IMG/VR virus record: IMGVR_UViG_3300030330_000808
Location: 1 to 31,599 of that record
Length of the DNA stretch: 31,599 bases
Origin: a virus
Taxonomy: Duplodnaviria > Caudoviricetes
Reading direction: 5' to 3' (one strand)
Shown: one piece after another, positions 1 through 8,696 of the stretch
Layout: each line of letters opens with the position of its first letter
Numbering within the stretch: the first letter of the stretch is position 1
Notes under the pieces: generated by a model
The model's input: only the letters and a program-made list of their open reading frames with translations
What the model was told of the DNA's origin: nothing
Database searches by the model: none
Position numbers and translations under genes: made by a program

Positions 1-33
1 GAGGCTGGAGATATTGTAGAAGACACACCGTAG
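1..33 (+). CDS. 3' end of a truncated gene (...EAGDIVEDTP*), probably a LamG-type virion/tail protein
   Basis: Open frame 1 ends at TAG 31-33; similar C-termini are typical of phage LamG-domain proteins such as the one starting at 31134. Confidence 0.45.
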   Translation, partial: EAGDIVEDTP

Positions 34-45
34 AAATTTAAAAAG

Positions 46-300
46 ATGAAAAGAATAAGTTTAGTATATGCAATTATTAATATAAGTGATATTGATTTAA
101 TTGACTTTTCACAAATAGGTGAAACTAATGCAGATACATTAAGAAAAAATATTGCTGAAACTCAGTTTGTAATTAAGTGGAATACAGAACCAAGTTTTAT
201 TGCTGATGGTTCTGTTGTACCTGTTGGCACTTACAACCATACTGAAATATTGCAGATAATGGACACTGCTGAATGGAGTGAACAAATACCAGCAGAATGA
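46..300 (+). CDS. hypothetical phage protein (84 aa)
   Basis: ORF track; acidic; IDFSQIGET..TLR pattern resembles small proteins that follow LamG tail genes in aquatic phages. Confidence 0.7.
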   Translation: MKRISLVYAIINISDIDLIDFSQIGETNADTLRKNIAETQFVIKWNTEPSFIADGSVVPVGTYNHTEILQIMDTAEWSEQIPAE

Positions 301-428
301 AAAGAACTACAATTGCTAAAATATACAAGCCTAAGAAAAAAAGAAAAGGCATTCATTCAAAGAAAAGGACAAGCAACCATAAGACAAGCAAGAACTATAT
401 TAAAAAATATAAAGGTCAAGGAAAATGA
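297..428 (+). CDS. small very basic protein (43 aa, MKRTTIAKIYKPKKKRKGIHSKK...KKYKGQGK)
   Basis: Translated by hand; ATGA overlaps with both neighbours; below the ORF-track cutoff. Confidence 0.7.
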   Translation: MKRTTIAKIYKPKKKRKGIHSKKRTSNHKTSKNYIKKYKGQGK

Positions 429-613
429 GTGAAGATAAATTAGATAAATTGATTGAAGGTCAAATTGAAATTAAGACTAAAGTGGAGCATTTAAGTAAGC
501 AGAAAAATGACCACGAAAAAAGAATTAGAAAGCTTGAAAACAAATTTTGGGCTGCACTTGGAACATTCTTTGTTGGTATTGCTACATTCATTGAAGGCTT
601 ATTTATTAAGTAA
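425..613 (+). CDS. coiled-coil plus C-terminal TM protein, XhlA-like/holin-like
   Basis: Heptad N-terminus, hydrophobic FWAALGTFFVGIATFIEGLFI; directly upstream of the endolysin. Confidence 0.55.
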   Translation: MSEDKLDKLIEGQIEIKTKVEHLSKQKNDHEKRIRKLENKFWAALGTFFVGIATFIEGLFIK

Positions 614-615
614 TT

Positions 616-1239
616 ATGAGAAAGAAAAAATATGTTTGGCTCTTTGATCCAGGTCACGGTGGTATTGTTGATGGTCAGTATATGACTTCAGGCAAAAGGT
701 CACCACTTTGGAAGGATGGCACACAATATTTTGAAGGTGTTGGAAATAGGCAAATAGTACAGAAGCTTATAAGAAAATGTGATGAACATAACATATATAA
801 CTTTGATGTTGTTGCCAGTGAGTATGATATAGCACTAAGTGAAAGAGTTAAAATAGCCAATCAATACTATAAGACTTTAGGAAATTGTATATATGTAAGC
901 GTTCATTCAAACGGCTTTAGTAAAGAAAGTGCTAATGGATATAGTATATACACAAGCAAAGGTGAAACAAAAAGTGATAGAATAGCTGAAGTATTTATTG
1001 ATAATATGGTAAAACACTTTCCAAATCATAAGCTTAGAAAAGATACAAGAGATGGTGATAAAGATAAAGAGGCACAATTTTATGTATTAAGAAAAACAAG
1101 ATGCCCAGCAATATTGATAGAAAACTTCTTTATGACTAATTATAGAGAATGTAAGCTGTTAATGAATGAGGAATTTCAAAATAGAATAGTAGATTGTCAC
1201 TTTAAAAGCATATTACAAATCGAAGAAAATGGATATTAA
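616..1239 (+). CDS. endolysin, N-acetylmuramoyl-L-alanine amidase (Amidase_3)
   Basis: DPGHGG, zinc-ligand E, SVHSN and PAILIENFFM motifs. Confidence 0.93.
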   Translation: MRKKKYVWLFDPGHGGIVDGQYMTSGKRSPLWKDGTQYFEGVGNRQIVQKLIRKCDEHNIYNFDVVASEYDIALSERVKIANQYYKTLGNCIYVSVHSNGFSKESANGYSIYTSKGETKSDRIAEVFIDNMVKHFPNHKLRKDTRDGDKDKEAQFYVLRKTRCPAILIENFFMTNYRECKLLMNEEFQNRIVDCHFKSILQIEENGY

Positions 1240-1387
1240 ACAACAAATAGAAGAACTAAAAACTAAACTTACTGGTGAATTATTAAATGATTTAGAAATC
1301 AGAGATAAGATACACCAGCTTGAAATGAAATTAAACAACGTGAAACCAACTGACAGCCACTTTGAATGTGTTGGTTGTGGTTCTTAA
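1229..1387 (+). CDS. small protein (52 aa) ending in ECVGCGS
   Basis: Hand translation MDIKQQIEELKTKLTG...SHFECVGCGS*; overlaps the amidase stop. Confidence 0.7.
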   Translation: MDIKQQIEELKTKLTGELLNDLEIRDKIHQLEMKLNNVKPTDSHFECVGCGS

Positions 1388-1397
1388 TAATACAATT

Positions 1398-1577
1398 ATG
1401 AAAAATAGAATATTTGAAAACTGGGTAACTACTTTAATGGGAGTATTAATACTTGCATTTTGTGGTTTAGTAATTTATACAGAAAAACAAACAGCTTCAG
1501 AGATGGCTGGATGGCTAACTGTTGGCTTATTATTTTTAAGATCAAAAGATAGTTTAATTGCTTTACCTCCGCAGTAG
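1398..1577 (+). CDS. putative holin (59 aa, two TM segments)
   Basis: ATG 1398 preferred over TTG 1362; NWVTTLMG start, two hydrophobic stretches; lysis-module context. Confidence 0.65.
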   Translation: MKNRIFENWVTTLMGVLILAFCGLVIYTEKQTASEMAGWLTVGLLFLRSKDSLIALPPQ

Positions 1578-1995
1578 CATATTAATCTTTTTATTAATAG
1601 CCTGTTCGCCTCAAAAAAGGTTGAATAGGCTTATTAGTAAATACCCACATTTAACAGAAACAAGAATAGACACTATTTATTCAATTGATACTGTTATAAT
1701 AGATAATTATGATACAACAGTATTAAGCAATATAATAAAGCACGATAGCACAATAGTAGTAAATAATGAAAAGGTCTATCTTAAATACTTCTATGACACA
1801 CTCAGGCAAGAAATCATACACGAAGTTGAATGCTTTGGCGATACGGTTATTAAGGAGAAGATTATACCGTATAAGGTCGAAAAGATTGTCTATAAAGAAC
1901 TAACTTGGTGGCAACAATATAAACACCTTATATTAATATTTGCATTGCTTATATTAGCTTTAATTGTCTTAAAGAAATTAACTAACCTTATATGA
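1558..1995 (+). CDS. putative unimolecular spanin (lipoprotein with C-terminal TM)
   Basis: Lipobox LLIA-C at residue 16, beta-rich middle, C-terminal hydrophobic helix; TTG start. Confidence 0.65.
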   Translation: MLYLRSSILIFLLIACSPQKRLNRLISKYPHLTETRIDTIYSIDTVIIDNYDTTVLSNIIKHDSTIVVNNEKVYLKYFYDTLRQEIIHEVECFGDTVIKEKIIPYKVEKIVYKELTWWQQYKHLILIFALLILALIVLKKLTNLI

Positions 1996-3071
1996 GTTCA
2001 AGACACAATGAAAATACTGAACACAACAAAAGGTATAAACCTAAAAACGAAGGCAATCCAAGATACAGGCTTTCACAAGATGAAGCTGACATTGTATTCA
2101 ATTACAGAAGGATTAAAGAAGAAGCTAAAAAAGAAGGTCTTGATCCAAGACTTGTTCATAGTGGTTGGATTAAAAACAAGAATGCTTCATTGTATTTTAA
2201 GGTTAATGATATAAAAGCAAACTTTGAAAAATTAGCTAAAGAACTAATCGAAGAGGCAAAACAGTATTCACCTGAATATCCTACAATAGAAAGACAGAAA
2301 TACAGTGACAGTCATTTAATGTTTATTTGTCCAAGTGATTTGCATATTGGTAAGCTCTGTAAAAGTTTTGTAAGTGGTGAAGAGTATAACTGTCAAGAAG
2401 CTGTTATTAGGTGCTTAGAAGGTGTTAAAGGTTGCATTCAGAAAGCAAGTGGCTTTAATATTGATAGGATAGTGTTATTGTTAAGTGGTGACTTATTACA
2501 CATAGATAATTTTGAAGGCACAACAACTAAAGGAACTAAGCAAGATACAGATGGTTTATTAAGTGATCATTTTTTGATAGCTCAAAGGTTAATGATTGAT
2601 GTTATTAAAAAGCTTGTACAATTGGCTGATTTACATATAATGTACACACCTGGAAACCACGATCACTTGACTGGTTGGATGGTAGCACAATTGCTTCAAG
2701 TACATTTTAGACACAACAAGAATATTTCTTTTGATGTTAGTTTACAAATGAGAAAGTATTATAGGTATTATAAGAATTTAATAGCTTCTTGTCACGGTGA
2801 TAGAATTAAGATGGACTTATTACCAATGCTTATGGCTGATGAATGTGGTGAGTGGTCTAATACAAAATACAGATATATGTTTACTCAGCATATTCACCAC
2901 AAAGTAAGTAAAGACTTTCCAGGAGTATCAATTGAAAGCTTGAGATCACCAAGTGAAGCAGATGCTTGGCACCACAAAAGTGGCTATCAATCTTCAAACA
3001 ATAAAGCCATTGAGTGCTTTTTATTCTCAAAAACTGCTGGACAAATAGCAAGAATTACACATTTATTTTAA
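1992..3071 (+). CDS. calcineurin-like metallophosphoesterase
   Basis: DLHIG, GDLLHID, GNHD, HGD and HIHH motifs. Confidence 0.88.
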   Translation: MSSRHNENTEHNKRYKPKNEGNPRYRLSQDEADIVFNYRRIKEEAKKEGLDPRLVHSGWIKNKNASLYFKVNDIKANFEKLAKELIEEAKQYSPEYPTIERQKYSDSHLMFICPSDLHIGKLCKSFVSGEEYNCQEAVIRCLEGVKGCIQKASGFNIDRIVLLLSGDLLHIDNFEGTTTKGTKQDTDGLLSDHFLIAQRLMIDVIKKLVQLADLHIMYTPGNHDHLTGWMVAQLLQVHFRHNKNISFDVSLQMRKYYRYYKNLIASCHGDRIKMDLLPMLMADECGEWSNTKYRYMFTQHIHHKVSKDFPGVSIESLRSPSEADAWHHKSGYQSSNNKAIECFLFSKTAGQIARITHLF

Positions 3072-3108
3072 TATTAACATTCTCTTGTTAATTATTTTTT
3101 TTACACTT

Positions 3109-3142
3109 TTTGTAGTTTGTTATGTAATTATATTTATATTTA
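3109..3142 (+). promoter_or_regulatory. possible early promoter (Bacteroidota-like TTTG...TATATTTA)
   Basis: AT-rich intergenic gap at the late-to-early boundary; imperfect match to TTTG-N19-21-TAnnTTTG. Confidence 0.3.
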
Positions 3143-3170
3143 CACAAACAAAACAATTAAATATTTTATT

Positions 3171-3479
3171 ATGTATTCTTATATAGACAAATTTAGTAAA
3201 CAAGAAACTTTAGAAGAAATTAATTTTATAATTAAATTATGTGGAAAAAAAAGGTTTAAAAAACTTTTACATTTATATTTAAAAACACCTAACCAATGTA
3301 TAAATAAACTTTGGTATAATTATCAAAAAATTACAATGGATTGTTATGATGCAACAATATTACTTAATAGATTACAAAAACATGGTTGTTATAGATATTG
3401 TCCTAATGCTATTGATAAATTTTTAAATAGGTTTATATATACTATAAACCATGCTAAAAATATAAATATTATAAAATAA
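3171..3479 (+). CDS. hypothetical early protein
   Basis: ORF track (ATG 3171 more plausible than TTG 3117); very AT-rich. Confidence 0.6.
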   Translation: MYSYIDKFSKQETLEEINFIIKLCGKKRFKKLLHLYLKTPNQCINKLWYNYQKITMDCYDATILLNRLQKHGCYRYCPNAIDKFLNRFIYTINHAKNINIIK

Positions 3480-3493
3480 GTTAACTAACTAAC

Positions 3494-3518
3494 AAGGGTG
3501 TAAAATCCACCTTTTTTT
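3494..3518 (+). terminator. intrinsic terminator
   Basis: AAGGGTG-loop-CACCTTT hairpin followed by a T run. Confidence 0.6.
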
Positions 3519-3527
3519 ATTACAACT

Positions 3528-3617
3528 ATGAAGAAAGAATTATTTAATACAGCATTACTTATAGCAGCCTTTTACATAGGCTATAAACTAATAACATATA
3601 TATTAATTAATACTTAA
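3528..3617 (+). CDS. small single-TM peptide (29 aa)
   Basis: MKKELFNTALLIAAFYIGYKLITYILINT*, translated by hand. Confidence 0.45.
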   Translation: MKKELFNTALLIAAFYIGYKLITYILINT

Positions 3618-3620
3618 ACA

Positions 3621-3788
3621 ATGGTAAGAACATTTTATGTACAAAAAGGCAAAGAAGATATTATGTTTGAATTTAAAGAACACAATGAAAGACTTGGCTT
3701 AAATTATTCAGCTACATTAGTTGAATTGATGGAACAATTTAATAAAAAACAAAACAAGAAAAATGGAGACAACAATAAAACAAAGTAA
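3621..3788 (+). CDS. small protein, possible ribbon-helix-helix DNA binder (55 aa)
   Basis: MVRTFYV strand then helix-GLNYS-helix pattern. Confidence 0.45.
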   Translation: MVRTFYVQKGKEDIMFEFKEHNERLGLNYSATLVELMEQFNKKQNKKNGDNNKTK

Positions 3789-3978
3789 AATAGTATTTAA
3801 TCTAAGTGACTTAGATCAATTTGGCACACTTTTTAATACTGAGGTTAAAGTTTATAAGAACTCACCTGACAGCAAAACAATAATTGAATTTGAACTTGAT
3901 GGCACACACCACCATTTGCTAAAAGATGAGCTTGAAAGACTTTTAAAAGTATTAAATACAATAAAGCAATCACTATGA
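3763..3978 (+). CDS. hypothetical protein
   Basis: ORF track, coupled to neighbours. Confidence 0.65.
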   Translation: METTIKQSKIVFNLSDLDQFGTLFNTEVKVYKNSPDSKTIIEFELDGTHHHLLKDELERLLKVLNTIKQSL

Positions 3979-4301
3979 TAGATCAAGAAGCATACAATTA
4001 TTATCAAAGGCAAAAAGAAATAGTGGACAGCTGGATGCAATACGATTATCTTCAGAAGCTTTACAACAATTTAAGGTCAGTTGTATATGAATTAAACTGG
4101 ATAAAAAGCAATTTCAAAGCAAATCAAAAACACAAGACTATTAACAAATTTGAATACATTAAACAATTTAACAGATGTATGTTAGAAGTTGAGGATATAA
4201 TAAGAAAGTTAAAGCTTGTAAATGCTTACAATGAAATCACAAGAGCAAATAAAATAAAAGAAATAATTATTAAATTTAAAAAAACAATTAACAATGAATA
4301 A
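3975..4301 (+). CDS. hypothetical protein
   Basis: ORF track, ATGA overlap. Confidence 0.65.
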   Translation: MIDQEAYNYYQRQKEIVDSWMQYDYLQKLYNNLRSVVYELNWIKSNFKANQKHKTINKFEYIKQFNRCMLEVEDIIRKLKLVNAYNEITRANKIKEIIIKFKKTINNE

Positions 4302-4641
4302 ACTAAAAACAGTAAACATTAAGGGTAAAGAATATGTAACAGTCAATGAAAGACTAAAGTATTTTAGAAACAAATTTACTGGCTATTCTTTAACAACAGA
4401 AATAACACACATCAATGAGAATGGTGTTATAATTAGAGCAAGTATTAAAAATGATGAAGGTGTTGAGGTTGCCAGTGGTTATGCTCACGAGAAGCAAAAT
4501 AGTAGCTTTATAAACAAGACTTCATTTATTGAGAACTGTGAAACATCAGCATGGGGTAGATGCTTAGGCAACTTTGGAATAGGTGTAGATGAAAGTGTTG
4601 CAAGTGCTGATGAAGTAGCTAATGCAATTAACAACCAATGA
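4294..4641 (+). CDS. Rad52/Sak-like single-strand annealing protein
   Basis: YVTVNERL...ENCETSAWGRCL..GIG pattern; next to exonuclease and SSB. Confidence 0.7.
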   Translation: MNKLKTVNIKGKEYVTVNERLKYFRNKFTGYSLTTEITHINENGVIIRASIKNDEGVEVASGYAHEKQNSSFINKTSFIENCETSAWGRCLGNFGIGVDESVASADEVANAINNQ

Positions 4642-4709
4642 TCACAATTTATATATTAACTATGATAGGTTTATTAAGCATTTACTTATCAATAAAAAAC
4701 AGCAAATGA
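4638..4709 (+). CDS. tiny TM peptide (23 aa)
   Basis: MITIYILTMIGLLSIYLSIKNSK*; ATGA overlaps at both ends. Confidence 0.45.
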   Translation: MITIYILTMIGLLSIYLSIKNSK

Positions 4710-5416
4710 AAAAAGATAAATTAAGCTATTCAGCATTAAGTCAATTTAGTAAAAGTCCTAACCATTTATTAAGCTACTGGAACAGAGAATTTGAACCAAC
4801 ACCAGCAATGCAATTTGGATCACTACTACACAAAATGATACTTGAAGCTGATGATTTTCACAATGAATATGTTGTATTTGAAGGCACAAGGCGTGGTAAA
4901 ATTTGGAATGAATACAAAGCAATTAATGAAGATAAAATAATTGTTACTGGCAAAGAATATAACATTGCCAGGAATGTATATGATAAAGCAATGAAAAGTA
5001 ATATGCTAAGAAAGTTATTAATGAAAACTAATGAAACTGAAAAGCATATTGAATGGCAGTATAATGAAGTTAATTATCAAGGCTATTGTGATATGGTTGG
5101 TGAAGATTTTATTGCAGATATTAAAGTGGTTGCTGATGCTGGTGAAAAGTTTGCAAGAGATTTAAGATACAATGATTATAGTTTACAAGCTGCAATGTAT
5201 TTAAGAGGCTTACCAAAAGCTAATTATTATATTATTGCAATAGAAAAAACAAGTCCTTACAATGTTCAAGTATATAGGTTTGGTGATCTATTGCTTGGCA
5301 ATGCAGAAAAAAGATATTACTACTTAAATGAACAATACAAAGACTGGAATGGAGAACCACAAAGCTATTCAAGTGGTATTGTAACAGTAGGTGATAATGA
5401 ATTTATAAGTGTTTAA
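4706..5416 (+). CDS. PD-(D/E)XK exonuclease, RecE/exonuclease VIII-like
   Basis: LSYSAL..F..SP, AMQFGSLLH, GYCD..IADIK, Y.LQAAMY motifs; likely start 4706 rather than 4622. Confidence 0.85.
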   Translation: MKKDKLSYSALSQFSKSPNHLLSYWNREFEPTPAMQFGSLLHKMILEADDFHNEYVVFEGTRRGKIWNEYKAINEDKIIVTGKEYNIARNVYDKAMKSNMLRKLLMKTNETEKHIEWQYNEVNYQGYCDMVGEDFIADIKVVADAGEKFARDLRYNDYSLQAAMYLRGLPKANYYIIAIEKTSPYNVQVYRFGDLLLGNAEKRYYYLNEQYKDWNGEPQSYSSGIVTVGDNEFISV

Positions 5417-5435
5417 TAATTAAAAATAAATAAAG

Positions 5436-5570
5436 ATGAGTGATTTTTTATATCATGCTTTGGGTTTCTGTGGGGAACACTGGCATCCTAATTTTTTAAA
5501 TATAAGTTTAATATTTTTATCAATGTTTATCTTATATAAAATTGTATTAAAAAAAATAAAAATTAAATAA
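5436..5570 (+). CDS. small membrane protein (44 aa, HALGFCGEHWHP)
   Basis: Hand translation; His/Cys N-terminus followed by a TM segment. Confidence 0.55.
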   Translation: MSDFLYHALGFCGEHWHPNFLNISLIFLSMFILYKIVLKKIKIK

Positions 5571-5589
5571 TAACAAAAAATAAATAAAA

Positions 5590-5853
5590 ATGAGTGAAAA
5601 AACAATCTACTGCGGTAGCGGTAAAAAACAAAGTGAAACCTGGTTAAAAGCCACAATCAACATTGACAAGATTAAAGACCATATTGAAGAATTTAAAGGT
5701 CACAAGTTTGTTAAGTTAAATATTAACATAAAAGACGAAACAGACGAATATGGTAAAAATGTTTCTTTAAGTGTTGACAAGTGGCAACCAGAACAACAAC
5801 CAGCTAAGAAAGAAACACAACAAGAAGAAAGCGAAAGCGATTTACCTTTCTGA
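5590..5853 (+). CDS. putative ssDNA-binding protein
   Basis: Beta-rich core and acidic tail ending SDLPF; recombination module. Confidence 0.65.
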   Translation: MSEKTIYCGSGKKQSETWLKATINIDKIKDHIEEFKGHKFVKLNINIKDETDEYGKNVSLSVDKWQPEQQPAKKETQQEESESDLPF

Positions 5854-5881
5854 ATAGATTACTTTAAAAAAAGAGGATGGT

Positions 5882-6169
5882 ATGAAGCAAAATGAAGAAC
5901 TTTGCAAGATAATACAAGACTTACTTATTTTAGGTTATACAATACCAGAATTAGCGGACCAATGGGGTATTAGTAAAACAAATTTAACAACAAAATACAG
6001 CATAGTTAAAAACAGAAATAAGTATATAAGAAAAGTTAAATTTCACGGCAAAGAAGAACCTTATCACATTAATGAATGGATGTATGGCTTTATACCATCC
6101 TACACTTTTGAAGAACTTAGCTATAAAGAAAAACAATTTTATTATAACAAATTAAAACAAAACAATTAA
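5882..6169 (+). CDS. hypothetical protein with possible N-terminal HTH
   Basis: GYTIPELADQWGISKTNL resembles an HTH. Confidence 0.5.
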   Translation: MKQNEELCKIIQDLLILGYTIPELADQWGISKTNLTTKYSIVKNRNKYIRKVKFHGKEEPYHINEWMYGFIPSYTFEELSYKEKQFYYNKLKQNN

Positions 6170-6170
6170 A

Positions 6171-6707
6171 ATGAAACATTTGAACAAAAAAATTGGAATG
6201 ATTGGACAAAAAATAGTCTGTAATTATTTAAGATATAACAAGATTAATTATTGGACAAACTTTAACGACAATTATAACAAAACAGATATCATAATGGAAA
6301 AGGATAATGTTATTAGTTTTGTTGAAGTTAGCACCAAACAATTTACCACAAAAAACGGATTAAAAGTAACTGGTAAAAACACTAAGCAAATTAATAGTTA
6401 TATACAACGCCAAAAACAATTTAATATTAAATATTTTATTGTATTTGTTGATATAAAAAACAACAGCATATACGGAAATTATTTAGATAATTTATTAAAT
6501 AATACAACTTACAAAAACTCTGTTTTTCCTTTAGAAATAAATTGTGGCGGACAACATATAACTTTTTTTAGTTTATATGACATGATTAAATTAAAGGAAT
6601 TAAGTAAAGAAGAAAAAGAACAGTTAAGCATATTAACTTTTAAAAATAAAAATAACAAATTTCAAACTGATATTTATGACACAATTAGAAGCACAAGAAC
6701 ATTTTAA
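6171..6707 (+). CDS. PD-(D/E)XK restriction-endonuclease-like protein
   Basis: G.IGQKIV..YL helix, TDII, FVEVSTK, YFIVFVD; overlaps folE. Confidence 0.55.
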   Translation: MKHLNKKIGMIGQKIVCNYLRYNKINYWTNFNDNYNKTDIIMEKDNVISFVEVSTKQFTTKNGLKVTGKNTKQINSYIQRQKQFNIKYFIVFVDIKNNSIYGNYLDNLLNNTTYKNSVFPLEINCGGQHITFFSLYDMIKLKELSKEEKEQLSILTFKNKNNKFQTDIYDTIRSTRTF

Positions 6708-7215
6708 ACAGATTTTAAAATACTTAAAACAAGACACGGAACGCGAGGGATTAAAAGAAACTCCTAAGAGGTATATAAAATTCATGGAGGAATTTTTAAA
6801 ACCAAAACAATTTAACTTCACAACTTTTGATGCTGAAGGTACGGATGAAATGATAATACAAACAAACATACCTTTTTATAGTTTATGCGAACATCATGTG
6901 GCTCCTTTTTTTGGAGTGGCAAATGTAGCATATATTCCAGATAATAAAATAGTTGGATTATCTAAACTTGCAAGAACCGTTGACCTTTATGCTAATAGAT
7001 TTCAAAATCAAGAAAGAATAACAACACAAATTGCAGAGCGATTAATGGAAGAATTAAATCCTCTTGGAGTAGCTGTTAATATGAAGGCTCAACATTTATG
7101 TATGTGTATGAGAGGAGTTAAAAAACACGACACTTGGACGACAACCAGTAAAATGACTGGAGTATTTAAAACAGACTTAAATTGTAGAAATGAATTTTTA
7201 AATTTAACCAAATGA
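6676..7215 (+). CDS. folE: GTP cyclohydrolase I
   Basis: EGLKETPKR, SLCEHH, VGLSKLAR, QERIT, HLCMCMRGV motifs. Confidence 0.96.
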   Translation: MTQLEAQEHFKQILKYLKQDTEREGLKETPKRYIKFMEEFLKPKQFNFTTFDAEGTDEMIIQTNIPFYSLCEHHVAPFFGVANVAYIPDNKIVGLSKLARTVDLYANRFQNQERITTQIAERLMEELNPLGVAVNMKAQHLCMCMRGVKKHDTWTTTSKMTGVFKTDLNCRNEFLNLTK

Positions 7216-8018
7216 AATATTATAATGCAGTAACAGGTGAGGACGAGATAAGTTTATCTGGAATAACTGAACCAAAAAACATATTAGCATCATATCATTA
7301 TTATAAAAATAAAAAAGATACAATAAAAAAAGCAATACAAAATAATTATGATGTATTTATTGACTCTGGCGCATTTAGTAGTATGAACAGTGGTAAAGAA
7401 ATAAATATAGATGATTATTGTGAATTTTTATTAGATGTAGGAGCGATTTATTATGCGACTTTAGATGTGATAGGAGATGCAAAAAAAACATTAATAAATC
7501 ATAAATACATGATAAATAATTATGGATTAAATCCGATACCTGCTTTTCATTTAGGAAGTAAAATCGAAGATTTAAAAATTTTATTAGATTATGATTATAT
7601 AGCTCTTGGAGGATTAGTTTTTAGCGGTGGAATTATGCACCATTGCGACGAAGTATTTCATTATATATTAAGTAATAAACCAAATTTAAAAGTACATGGT
7701 TTTGGGCTAACTAACATTGAGCTAATGAAAAGATATCCTTGGTATTCTGTAGATAGCAGTTCCTTTAAGAGTTGTAAAAGATTTGGAAGACAAAATGTTT
7801 TATGGAATGGTTTGAATTTTAAAACATTTACAGAAAAAGAATATCAAATACATTTAGAAAAATTAGGTGTAGATTTTAACAAAATAGATAATAAAACAAA
7901 ATATAGAATATATGATTATTATTCGAGTCAATCTTATAGTTTATATGCTGCACACTTAACAGAATTAAATAAATATAGAGATTTCAAACACTTAATACAA
8001 CAATATAAATTATTTTAA
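7212..8018 (+). CDS. dpdA: TGT-like DNA 7-deazaguanine transglycosylase (DpdA family)
   Basis: DSGAFS, LDVIGD, PAFH, IALGG, KVHGFG, SVDSSS motifs; embedded in the preQ0 gene cluster. Confidence 0.8.
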   Translation: MKYYNAVTGEDEISLSGITEPKNILASYHYYKNKKDTIKKAIQNNYDVFIDSGAFSSMNSGKEINIDDYCEFLLDVGAIYYATLDVIGDAKKTLINHKYMINNYGLNPIPAFHLGSKIEDLKILLDYDYIALGGLVFSGGIMHHCDEVFHYILSNKPNLKVHGFGLTNIELMKRYPWYSVDSSSFKSCKRFGRQNVLWNGLNFKTFTEKEYQIHLEKLGVDFNKIDNKTKYRIYDYYSSQSYSLYAAHLTELNKYRDFKHLIQQYKLF

Positions 8019-8019
8019 C

Positions 8020-8694
8020 ATGAAAGCAATAGTAATTTTTTCTGGAGGACAAGACTCCACAACTTGTCTATATTGGGCAATAAATAAGTATAAAAATGTT
8101 GAAGCTATAACGTTTAATTATGGTCAAAAACATAGTATTGAATTAGAGCAATCTAAAATAATTTGTGATAAAGAAAATATAAAACAAACTATTATTGATA
8201 TATCTTTTTTAAATACAATAGTAGAAAGTGCTTTAACCTCTAATGGTGATGTAAACAAATTAAATAATAAAGGGCTACCTAGTAGTTTTGTTCCTAATAG
8301 AAACCAGTTATTTATTACAATGGCGCATTCATACGCACAGAAGGTAAATGCTAATATATTAGTCACTGGTGTTTGTCAGACTGATTATAGTGGTTATCCG
8401 GATTGTAGAGAAACATTTATAAAAGCTATTGAATGGGCGACTAATATGGGATCTAATAGTAATGTAAAAATAGAGACTCCATTAATGTATTTAACAAAAG
8501 CACAGACATTTAAGTTAGCAGAAGAAGAAAATTGTTTGGATGAAGTTATAAGATTATCTCATACTTGTTATAACGGCAACAGATCAAAAGAGCATGATTG
8601 GGGATATGGTTGTGGAGAGTGTCCTGCGTGTGAGTTAAGACGCAAAGGTTGGAATGAATATAAAAATATTGGCTCAATAATAAAAAACTTTTAA
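8020..8694 (+). CDS. queC: 7-cyano-7-deazaguanine synthase
   Basis: SGGQDSTT, FNYGQKH, VPNRN, YPDCR, TCY..GCGECPAC; no glutamine amidotransferase domain. Confidence 0.96.
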   Translation: MKAIVIFSGGQDSTTCLYWAINKYKNVEAITFNYGQKHSIELEQSKIICDKENIKQTIIDISFLNTIVESALTSNGDVNKLNNKGLPSSFVPNRNQLFITMAHSYAQKVNANILVTGVCQTDYSGYPDCRETFIKAIEWATNMGSNSNVKIETPLMYLTKAQTFKLAEEENCLDEVIRLSHTCYNGNRSKEHDWGYGCGECPACELRRKGWNEYKNIGSIIKNF

Positions 8695-8696
8695 AA

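Noticed and set aside
7212-8018. tRNA-guanine transglycosylase (queuosine AMG) interpretation
   Set aside because: No evident TGT zinc-binding CxCxxC motif, shorter than tRNA TGT, no queF/queA/queG; fits DNA-acting DpdA better.
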